Assembly (NCBI GenBank): GCA_043826455.1
Contig: JBDRQD010000015.1
Span: forward strand, 96,001-160,000
DNA length: 64,000 bases
Source of the DNA: Candidatus Bathyarchaeota archaeon
GTDB taxonomy: Archaea > Thermoproteota > Bathyarchaeia > TCS64
Direction of reading: 5' to 3'
The position numbers and the translations under genes are program-made. Within the stretch, counting starts at the first letter, position 1. Each line of letters begins with the position of its first letter. Of this stretch, positions 29,331 to 37,458 are shown piece by piece. The notes under the pieces are model-generated. The model was not told the DNA's origin. It did not search any database and worked only from the letters and a program-made list of their open reading frames with translations.

Positions 29331-30506
29331 TTACTCCTCGATGATCTCCACGTTAGCCCTGGGCACAGTGACCACGCGGCCGTCCTCCAGCTCGATGTTC
29401 ACCACACGCACCATGCTCTCCGACTCCAGCTGCTGCAACTCTACTGGCAGGCTGTGAACCTTCCCTATGGCGCCGAAGTAGGGCTGCCGGATGATCCTGA
29501 TGGGCGTCCCCGGGACCATTCCGCTGGAGAGGGACTCCTCGCCGCCCTCCCGCCCCTTCAACTCGTGGGGGATGATGATCTCCGGCCTAAGGACGCCGGC
29601 CCTGATCTGGGTAGCGCCGTTGACGCAGGCCCTGTAGCCCTCGAAGTCCTTGAGGAGGTCAAAGGTGCGTTGGCTCATGACCATATTGCCGAAGCCCTCA
29701 GTGATGATCAGGGTGATGCCCACCTCCTCCTGGCCGGTGATGGCTACGCCTATCTCCTCACCTGTGAAGGCGATGAGGTCCTCATGCCTGATGCCTCCGC
29801 TGACGATGCCGGAGGCCCCCACCTCCACGGCCTTCCTGAGGGCGTCCAGGGTCACCCGGCTGCCTCCGATCAGGATCAGGCCCTTGTGCTCGGGCTTGAT
29901 CATGTCAGCGTCCAGCACCTGGTCGCTGCTCTCCACCATCATGTGGATGTCGCCGTGGGTCTCCCCGCCGATGCCGAAGATGCCCTGGATGAAGGCGGCG
30001 TTGGCCTCGATGACGGCGCCCTCTCTGGGCATCACCTCCACTACTGCGCCCGGGATGTAGGCGTCCACCTCCACCGGGATGGGAGAACCCCTGATGATGA
30101 CCTGGCCCGTGATCTCGCTGATGCTCTCGATGGTGCCCGTGACCGGGGTCTTGACTCTCTTCTTGATGAGGCCGAAGAGGGCCGTGTAGTAGGCGATGAG
30201 CTCATCCTTCTCCACCTTTTCCCCCAGCTGCTTCAACATGAACCTGGGTACGTCCTCGGCCTCCACTCCCAGGATCATGCCCGCCTTAATGATCTCGGGG
30301 TCTCCGCTGATCTCGGTACGAGCGATGACTTCGTCGTACTCCACCCTGTCCCCAACCTTGGGGAAGACCTCCCCCAGGATGGGGAGCCGCCTCATCTTCT
30401 CCACGCTCATGGACCGCTTGACCTTGAGGCCAGGCGTATAGGCGTGGGCTTCCTCAGTCTCCTTCTCGTTTCCGTTAGTCTTCTTTGCTTCTGCTTTCTT
30501 CACCAT
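29331..30506 (-). CDS. hypothetical protein with barrel-sandwich-hybrid-like repeats and C-terminal KOW-like motif
   Basis: GDRVEYDEVIA / GEKVEKDELIA / PVTGTIESI segments and GTPIRIIRQPYFGAIGKV. Starts 1 nt after the GlmL-like stop. Confidence 0.8.
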   Translation of the reverse strand: MVKKAEAKKTNGNEKETEEAHAYTPGLKVKRSMSVEKMRRLPILGEVFPKVGDRVEYDEVIARTEISGDPEIIKAGMILGVEAEDVPRFMLKQLGEKVEKDELIAYYTALFGLIKKRVKTPVTGTIESISEITGQVIIRGSPIPVEVDAYIPGAVVEVMPREGAVIEANAAFIQGIFGIGGETHGDIHMMVESSDQVLDADMIKPEHKGLILIGGSRVTLDALRKAVEVGASGIVSGGIRHEDLIAFTGEEIGVAITGQEEVGITLIITEGFGNMVMSQRTFDLLKDFEGYRACVNGATQIRAGVLRPEIIIPHELKGREGGEESLSSGMVPGTPIRIIRQPYFGAIGKVHSLPVELQQLESESMVRVVNIELEDGRVVTVPRANVEIIEE

Positions 30507-30507
30507 C

Positions 30508-32343
30508 TTAGATCAGCGCCTCCAGCTTGTCCGCGTCGTATAGATTCACTGACTTGAACCAGCTCAGTAAAAGCTCCTTCCTCTGGCTCTCGTTCTCCGG
30601 CAAGTACAGGGGTCTGCCGCGGGCATCCATCATGACGCCGGCTATGCCGCCGCTCACAGTGGTCTCAAGCTCCTTACCAGGGCCGGCGCCCACGTTGAAC
30701 TCCTTGGCGGGCGTAATCATGGCCTTCGCCTCCTCCCTCTCATGGAGCTCCACGATCTTGATCTCGCCGAAGTTGAGCTCCTCCTTCACGTGCTCACCGT
30801 TGGGCATGTCCAGCTCCACTGTCATGCAGAGCTCGCCCAGCTTTCCTGTGCCAGCGGCCGCAATGTTGGTTCCCATCCTGACCAGGCAGTCCTTGTCGAA
30901 GACGCTCCACGCCGCTTCCCGGTATACCGTGCTCAGGACGCCTATGTGGGGCATCATGAAGACGCTGTCCTGGAACATCCTGGTGACTCCCTCGGGGAGC
31001 CAGGCGTCGCTGAGGATGTACATGGCTTGGACTCGCCTGGGCGCATGGCTCAGGAGCCCGCCTGTGCCTGCGCAGATGGCGATGTTCATCATCTCTACGT
31101 AGCTGTCAGCCACAGCCTGCTCGAACATGTCGCTGATGGTTCTCTGCAGCTGTATGCCTTTGAGTCTTGTAGCGATGGTCCTGTGGTGGTGCAGGCCCAG
31201 TCTTAGGGCCTCGCGCGCCACTGAGTGCTCCACTATGAGGTCCTCCAGGGTCTGGGGGATGGTGGTGGGCCTGATCATCTTGTTCATGAGGCGGCTGGCT
31301 ACCTCCTCTTTGTCCAGGTTGAAGGGTATCCACCTCATGATGTTGTCGATGCCCGCCTCCTTCATTACGTTGGTGACGCTGTAGCTCATGCCTAGGTTGG
31401 CTGACACAGAGCGGACGAACCTGCCGTCCACCACCGAGTACACGTTGGTGGTGGCTCCGCCCAGACCGACGCCCAGCACGTTCTGCTTGTATGAGTTAGC
31501 GATAAGCTGCATGGCCATGCCCTCGCCCGCTGGCGTCGGCATGATGTCGACGTCCGTCCACTTCATTAGTTTCTGGTACCCTGGGGCGTGACTCATGACG
31601 TGCTCCATGAAGAGCTCGTGGACGGCGCGTCTAGCGGGCTCGGTGTTCTCCACCTCCAGGACGGGCCTGATGTTGTCCACCATCTGTAGGGCGAACCCCG
31701 ACTTCAGGAGGTTCTCGATCTCCTTCCTCAGGGTCTTGTTTCCAGCGTAGACGATGGGGAGGTTGTAGGCTACGCCAAGCCTGGGCTTGGGCTCTGCGGC
31801 CTTGATGAGCTCCGCTATCTCCATGACGTGGCTGCCGGCGCCACCGTCGGTGCCCCCTGCCATGAGGATCATGTCGGGCCTTAGGCTCCTGATCCTCCGG
31901 ATCTTCTGGTAGGGCTGTCTTCCGTCGTCTCTGGCGATGACGTCCATTACTATGGCGCCTGCTCCGAGGGCCGCCCTGTTGGCGCTCTCAGCGGTCATGG
32001 ACTTGATGAGTCCGGCCACCATCATCTGTAGTCCTCCGCCAGCGCTGCTGGTGGTACAGTAGAGGTCTACTCCCTTCTCCCCGTCGTAGGGCATTATTAT
32101 GCCTGAGCCGTCGGGGGATAGGAGCTTGTGGCCGGTCAACTCCTCGACTTCACGTACCGCGTTCTGAACTCCGAGGGTTACGTCCTCGTAAGGGGTTTCT
32201 ACGGTTGTGGGTGCTTCACCTGCCACCAGGAACCTCCACTCACCGTCCTTCAGGTGGAAAAACCTCGCCTTGGTGGTGGTGGATCCTACGTCAGTGACAA
32301 TGATGTACTGCATCTCCTCAGTCGGCTTCTTGAGGGTTGCCAT
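30508..32343 (-). CDS. GlmL (glutamate mutase L)-like ASKHA/actin-fold ATPase
   Basis: TDVGSTTTK, TSSAGGGL, AALGAGA, AGGTDGG, MPTP, GGATTNVYS, GTGGLL. Confidence 0.85.
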   Translation of the reverse strand: MATLKKPTEEMQYIIVTDVGSTTTKARFFHLKDGEWRFLVAGEAPTTVETPYEDVTLGVQNAVREVEELTGHKLLSPDGSGIIMPYDGEKGVDLYCTTSSAGGGLQMMVAGLIKSMTAESANRAALGAGAIVMDVIARDDGRQPYQKIRRIRSLRPDMILMAGGTDGGAGSHVMEIAELIKAAEPKPRLGVAYNLPIVYAGNKTLRKEIENLLKSGFALQMVDNIRPVLEVENTEPARRAVHELFMEHVMSHAPGYQKLMKWTDVDIMPTPAGEGMAMQLIANSYKQNVLGVGLGGATTNVYSVVDGRFVRSVSANLGMSYSVTNVMKEAGIDNIMRWIPFNLDKEEVASRLMNKMIRPTTIPQTLEDLIVEHSVAREALRLGLHHHRTIATRLKGIQLQRTISDMFEQAVADSYVEMMNIAICAGTGGLLSHAPRRVQAMYILSDAWLPEGVTRMFQDSVFMMPHIGVLSTVYREAAWSVFDKDCLVRMGTNIAAAGTGKLGELCMTVELDMPNGEHVKEELNFGEIKIVELHEREEAKAMITPAKEFNVGAGPGKELETTVSGGIAGVMMDARGRPLYLPENESQRKELLLSWFKSVNLYDADKLEALI

Positions 32344-32689
32344 GCTGTTTCATAAAGCGTCACGACTAATCATGCTTAAAGCTTTCTAATACGTTGGCCC
32401 AAACATGTAGGAGGATTTTGATTATCTTTTTTATTGGTGTGCTGTAGTCATAGGCTTCGGGGCGGGTGATCTGTCTAATGATAAAAATATTCGCCATTAA
32501 TTGATACCCCCCTACCTTTTTTCACATCCGGCTCACCTCCAGGTGCTTTTAGGCTTATCCCGTGCCAGCCGGGATTAAGCGGAAAACAAATTCCATCTTA
32601 TGCTTCATGCTTTTCCTTGATGAGGTGCCTCCTCGTCCTTGGCTCTGGAGCCCCAGAGAACACGGTTAACCGAAAACCTTGTAGTTGTA

Positions 32690-33130
32690 TCAGAAGGGTA
32701 GCCAGCGCCGCCACCCTTTGCGCTCCTGAGGCTTCTCTGCTTCATCCCCCTTCTCCGGCTCGGGACTATCAGGGGGCTCCTCCTTGGGGGCCGCCTCCCC
32801 AGCAGGGGCCTCCAGCTCCTTGACTGGGGGCTTGTACTCGCCCTTGGTCATCTGCTCGAGGATCTGGATGAGCTTCTCTATGTTCTTCCTGTCCTCGAAG
32901 ACGTAGATGAGCTTCTCCCCCAGCATGTTGTACTGGGGGCCCAGGGCAGGCAGGAAGGGGGCTAGGACTACTCTGCTGAGTTCGCCGCCCACGTACACCA
33001 TGGGCTTGATGCTTTCGAGGGTGAGGATGGCCACGGTCTCCATGCCGTAGAGCTGTATCCTCTTAGCTGCGCCGTGGAGGACTTTGTCGACTTCCTCCTC
33101 GGATAGCTCCATGTCGCCCCAGGGGTACAT
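32690..33130 (-). CDS. conserved hypothetical protein (accessory E, copy 2)
   Basis: Paralog of 13852-14241; ends in KGWRRWLPF. Confidence 0.8.
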   Translation of the reverse strand: MYPWGDMELSEEEVDKVLHGAAKRIQLYGMETVAILTLESIKPMVYVGGELSRVVLAPFLPALGPQYNMLGEKLIYVFEDRKNIEKLIQILEQMTKGEYKPPVKELEAPAGEAAPKEEPPDSPEPEKGDEAEKPQERKGWRRWLPF

Positions 33131-33146
33131 CTCAGAACCATATATC

Positions 33147-33572
33147 TTACAGCTGATTTAAGGTATTATCTTCATCGGAGCCTGTGACGCTCTGCTTGGC
33201 GGGTCTCAGTCTCCGCCGGAGGGAGATGTAGGCGGACGTCAACCCTCCCAGGAGGAACATGACTAGGAGGAGGGCGAAGAAGGAGGTGGTGTTGCCCTGG
33301 GTGAACGCCCACAGGCTGACCACCACGAGAGCCCATGAGATCATCACGCACCTAATCGCAACCGGTAGCTCCGCTGCCCCTGTTCGTTTGCACACAAGGT
33401 AGCTGGGTATGAGGCCAGCCAAGTAGTACATGATGTAGGCCAGGACCCACGGGGGGTCGTAGAAGGTCTTGAGCTCTATCCAGAAGTACACTATGCCGTA
33501 GGCCAGCACGGCGCCCGCCATGTAGTCGGTTATCGATGGCCGTTTATCCCTGTCCAGGGTCAAATGTATCAT
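33147..33572 (-). CDS. four-TM membrane protein (accessory F, copy 2)
   Basis: Paralog of 14282-14710. Confidence 0.75.
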   Translation of the reverse strand: MIHLTLDRDKRPSITDYMAGAVLAYGIVYFWIELKTFYDPPWVLAYIMYYLAGLIPSYLVCKRTGAAELPVAIRCVMISWALVVVSLWAFTQGNTTSFFALLLVMFLLGGLTSAYISLRRRLRPAKQSVTGSDEDNTLNQL

Positions 33573-33626
33573 TTAACATGAATGTGGCTCGGATAAGAGT
33601 TTAATGTAAAAGAAATGGGGGAAGGT

Positions 33627-34346
33627 TTACTCCTTCTTGGGCCACGGCCTCTTCTCTGGTGGCAGCATGGCGTAGATGAGCAGTACCAGCACTATGGGTA
33701 GGGCTATGATCGCGCCTTGAAGCGGCAGCCACTGGTTGTAGATGAAGTCGAGTCTTCCGAAGATCATGTTGTACCTGGACAGCACAGTGTTGGCGAAGCT
33801 GTAGCTGAAAGCGGCCATCATCCCGTACCTTGCGATCTTGGGTATGATGCCGAGGCCGCCCTCGTGGGCCTTGGGGAACGTGAATAGGAAGAAGTAGACC
33901 GTGGTTACCACTAGGATGATGAAGATCAGGTTGCTGACCAACTTGAAGGGGTCCGTGACGCCTATCAACTTGATGGCTGCGGTGGACTTTATCTGGGTGA
34001 TGAACTCCGCGGTGACCACCGCCCTCATGCTGAGCCCTATGCCAAGGCCCACCATGATGGACAGGGGGTACCTGCTCACCCAGAAGTACTGTGGGTGGTA
34101 CCTCGAGTACAGTAGTATCCCGAGTAGGAAAACCACGATGTAGAGGTATGCTCCCCCCATCAGGTTGTCCCAGCCGTACCTCCTGATGTTGTCCACGCCG
34201 TAGACTAGGCTGTGCCCGGCGGCTGCTCCGACGAAGGTGTACTCAGCTAACTTGAAGAAGTCGTTGTCCCTGAAGGCGATGCTGTAGATCCATATGGTGA
34301 ATATGGCCGCCATCCAGATCTGTATGACTAGGTTTAGCTCCATCAC
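33627..34346 (-). CDS. polytopic membrane protein, subunit D of operon copy 2
   Basis: YFWVSRYPLSIMVG matches YRWVSRYPVALLVG of 10586-11221. Confidence 0.85.
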   Translation of the reverse strand: MMELNLVIQIWMAAIFTIWIYSIAFRDNDFFKLAEYTFVGAAAGHSLVYGVDNIRRYGWDNLMGGAYLYIVVFLLGILLYSRYHPQYFWVSRYPLSIMVGLGIGLSMRAVVTAEFITQIKSTAAIKLIGVTDPFKLVSNLIFIILVVTTVYFFLFTFPKAHEGGLGIIPKIARYGMMAAFSYSFANTVLSRYNMIFGRLDFIYNQWLPLQGAIIALPIVLVLLIYAMLPPEKRPWPKKE

Positions 34347-35194
34347 TTACTTCCTCCTGAGAATCTCTTGCCAAGGTAGGCGATGTTGCCTATGGCCACG
34401 TAGGCGAGGCAAAGCAGGTGAGTCAGGGTTATCACGTCGGCCGACTTGATGCCCCGGGCGGGGACCCTTACCAGGGTCTCCATCTCTCCTGCCTGTGCCC
34501 CAGATGTCACGGATATTATCTGTCCCGCGTTCTGGTATGGCAGCATAGTGGGGACCATCATGGCCAGCACAGAGCACATGTACCTTGTGCCGTAGACGGT
34601 GTACCACTGCCTTACCCAGCCCTCTGACTGGTCGCCGCCTGTGGTATAGCAGAGTAGTAGGTCGAAGCTGCTTGCGTCAGTTATACCATCCATGATGGTG
34701 TACTGGCTTAGTGGGTTACCCTTGTAGTCAGTGGAAGTTGTTGCTCTCAGGTCCTTTCCGATCGCAGCCATCGCCGTCTCTGTTCCAGCTATGTAGCCTA
34801 TGTGGATGTAGTCGACGCCGTACTGGGCGCCGTACTTTTGCTCTGGTCTGATCTCAGCCATGGCCTTGTCCCATAGCTGGGGTCCCTCGATGGATGTGGA
34901 CATGCAGATGACCTTAATGCCTCCCTTCCTGAAGAGGTGGTGGTAGACGGCTACTGCCATTGGGCCCAGCTCAGGCTCTCCGCCCCCGGAGTATCCGAAG
35001 TCTATCATGACGACGGAGCCTGGGGGTAGAGCTTCTATGGTCTGGTACCATTTTTGTGTGTTGGCCGAGACGGGTATAGGTAGGCCCAGGGGGTAAATCA
35101 TGGGAACCACGAAAACTACCAGAAGTATGCCATAGAGCACCTCTCTAGGTATGTTCTCCAGCGTGTCCCAGATGCTCTTACCTTGTCCACTCAT
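34343..35194 (-). CDS. membrane-anchored alpha/beta protein, subunit C of operon copy 2
   Basis: QYGVDYIHIGY motif, terminal TM helices, ATGA overlap with the upstream gene. Confidence 0.85.
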   Translation of the reverse strand: MSGQGKSIWDTLENIPREVLYGILLVVFVVPMIYPLGLPIPVSANTQKWYQTIEALPPGSVVMIDFGYSGGGEPELGPMAVAVYHHLFRKGGIKVICMSTSIEGPQLWDKAMAEIRPEQKYGAQYGVDYIHIGYIAGTETAMAAIGKDLRATTSTDYKGNPLSQYTIMDGITDASSFDLLLCYTTGGDQSEGWVRQWYTVYGTRYMCSVLAMMVPTMLPYQNAGQIISVTSGAQAGEMETLVRVPARGIKSADVITLTHLLCLAYVAIGNIAYLGKRFSGGSK

Positions 35195-35877
35195 GCTCCA
35201 CCGCCTCCTCTCTCCTCCTCGGTCAGTTTACCGAGGAACCCTGTCTCTCTACCGGTCATGGTCCTGATGCCCAGGGATATGGCTCCTAGGGCGCCACCGA
35301 TCATGATGCCACGCTGAGCCGAGGTCGTCAGCACGTCGCTGATGAAGCTCACCCAGGTTCCTAACACGGGGAAGTATACAGCCATTGCGGGCGCGTTCTT
35401 CGCCAACACTACCAAGCCTACGACCAAGAAGATACCTGACTCGACGTTCTTGAGCCTCAGAGCTCTGTAAAGCCCTGATGTCATGTAGAAGCCGAGGCTA
35501 GAGTACACTGTGGCGCTGAGGGCGAAGTAGGATGCATTGTAGAGCCAGTTATACTGATCTGAGGTTGGGCCCATTGCGACACCCGTTACAGTGAAGATCA
35601 CAATGACTATGAGAAGCCACAGGCTGAACTGCCACTGGTCCGGTGTCCGTCTGGATATGTGCTTGCTGTGGAAGTAGAAGAGGTTGACTGCGCCGAAGCC
35701 CAGCGCGAAGGCGGTGAGTATGATGCCCCAGTTCTGGAGGTTCGTCACCGTTAAGCTGGTCCAGCTCTTGCCGGCTGTGTTCACCGGTGGCGTGACGATG
35801 AAGTAGTCCATCATCACAATAAGGGCCACGACAAATACTATCACTACCGGTATCGTTTTCTTTAAAGTTGTCGACAT
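35191..35877 (-). CDS. polytopic membrane protein, subunit B of operon copy 2
   Basis: YNWLY...GFYMTSGLYRALR motif; GGAGG upstream of the ATG. Confidence 0.85.
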   Translation of the reverse strand: MSTTLKKTIPVVIVFVVALIVMMDYFIVTPPVNTAGKSWTSLTVTNLQNWGIILTAFALGFGAVNLFYFHSKHISRRTPDQWQFSLWLLIVIVIFTVTGVAMGPTSDQYNWLYNASYFALSATVYSSLGFYMTSGLYRALRLKNVESGIFLVVGLVVLAKNAPAMAVYFPVLGTWVSFISDVLTTSAQRGIMIGGALGAISLGIRTMTGRETGFLGKLTEEERGGGGA

Positions 35878-35890
35878 TTCATCATACCTC

Positions 35891-36673
35891 CTACATTCCT
35901 AATAGGTCGACTATGAACGAACTGCCCGCGGCAGTCGCCAACACGCCTAGTATCATCAGTATCATTGCCAGTATCTTGCCGTAGTCCTGCCCTCTGGTGG
36001 TTCCTGCCTGTACGGGGTCCCCGGAGAGGTATGCTCCAGCTGCGTAGATCTCCTCTCCGATTAGCAAGTAGTCGCATATGACGGCGAAGAAGGGTATCTG
36101 GTATCCTCTGGCCGTTCCAGCCAGTTGTATGGATCCGATCCTGTTGAAGGTCTCCGCGAAGAGCATGGACTCAGCGTAGAAGGGTCCGATCATTATGTTG
36201 GCTGCGGGTCTCTCCCTCTCCGCGATACCCTGAACAGCGGAGGCGTAGGCGAACTGCTCGCCAGACAGGTACCTTACCTGGTCCTCCGCGTGGAACTCCT
36301 CCGCCTTGCCAGCCTTCACATAGGCTTCCTTCATGAGCTCTGTAGCGATAGGCATGACCTGAGCCGCGTACACCGAGTAGATGAGATTCACGCCATAGTT
36401 GGCGCACAGCTCAGCTACATAGGCTAGGACTGCGAGTCCAGCCACTAGCTGTGGTGCCACAGTTTCCGTTAAGCTTCCTAGTCCAGTCGTAAAGTGCACA
36501 GGCCTGTTCATCTCGGCTGCTCTGCCTACCATCTCTGGCAGTGCATCCAGGCCCGTCAGTTTTCTGAATTGTAGTTTTTGTTTTTTGGCCATCTCCATAC
36601 CGCCCAGTATGAAGATCCAGATTAGTATCAGCATTCCTAACGCGAAAATTCTGCCCGTAATAAGTATTGATAT
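35891..36673 (-). CDS. DUF6754-like protein, subunit A of operon copy 2 (start uncertain: ATA 36673 or ATG 36634)
   Basis: EMVGRAAEMN.PV and PFFAVICDYLLIGEEIYAAGA motifs. Similarity to copy 1 extends upstream of the first in-frame ATG. Confidence 0.8.
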   Translation of the reverse strand: MSILITGRIFALGMLILIWIFILGGMEMAKKQKLQFRKLTGLDALPEMVGRAAEMNRPVHFTTGLGSLTETVAPQLVAGLAVLAYVAELCANYGVNLIYSVYAAQVMPIATELMKEAYVKAGKAEEFHAEDQVRYLSGEQFAYASAVQGIAERERPAANIMIGPFYAESMLFAETFNRIGSIQLAGTARGYQIPFFAVICDYLLIGEEIYAAGAYLSGDPVQAGTTRGQDYGKILAMILMILGVLATAAGSSFIVDLLGM

Positions 36674-36861
36674 TTCATATCACTCCTGTTTCATATGTGA
36701 ATGTATCTTGACCCCGAATTGATTTAATACTTACGTCTATATGGCGTAATTAAACGAGCTTTTCCCTCACACTTGATGGTTTTTAAATATGATTCATGAA
36801 CCGCTCTACCGTAATCAAACCAGCTGGCTCCGTTAAATAACACCCCCCATACTTGTAGTGT

Positions 36862-37389
36862 ATGGTCGCCGACCAAGGAACTAGGATGCCTAGAAGGATC
36901 ATCTTCGCGGGAGCGAACATAGCCTTCGGGGTGTCTTTCATCGGCCTTGAGCTCCTGGGGCTCCTCTTCGGTGTCTCCCCAGCAGACCCAGAGCTGCAGG
37001 CAAACCTGAACCTGTTAATAGTTGGGATCAACCTGCTGGGCGGCTACGCCGGGGGCTACCTCGTGGCCAAGAACACCCAGGGAGATACGTTGCAGCAGGG
37101 GACACTGACAGGGGTTCTGGCTTACATTATCCAGCAGATAGTTCACGCCACTCTGTATGGGTTTGGCGCGGTGGGAAACGCGTTCACCACCCTGGCTCTC
37201 ATCGGAGGGGCCATGGCTGGGGCGGTTCTCCACGAATCACATATCAAGAGGCTGGCGAGGATCAGGGCCGCGGCTTCCCGGGCCGAGGAGGGAGAAAGCC
37301 CCGGTGGACCAGAGGGCTCCGAGGCTGGAACCGAAGAAGTGGCTGAAGGGGAGCCCGGGGAGAAGGGCGAGGCCCCGCCTGAGGGCTGA
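36862..37389 (+). CDS. four-TM membrane protein with acidic tail
   Basis: Four Gly-rich hydrophobic helices; divergent from operon copy 2. Confidence 0.7.
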   Translation: MVADQGTRMPRRIIFAGANIAFGVSFIGLELLGLLFGVSPADPELQANLNLLIVGINLLGGYAGGYLVAKNTQGDTLQQGTLTGVLAYIIQQIVHATLYGFGAVGNAFTTLALIGGAMAGAVLHESHIKRLARIRAAASRAEEGESPGGPEGSEAGTEEVAEGEPGEKGEAPPEG

Positions 37390-37458
37390 GTCCAGTAATA
37401 GGGGAATATTTTACACCCCTCAGCGGGTAGGGTATATATATTCTGGGTATTTTCCTTA

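Noticed and set aside
30508..32343. Evidence for a glutamate/methylaspartate fermentation pathway
   Set aside because: No mutase subunits or methylaspartate ammonia-lyase are in the window.
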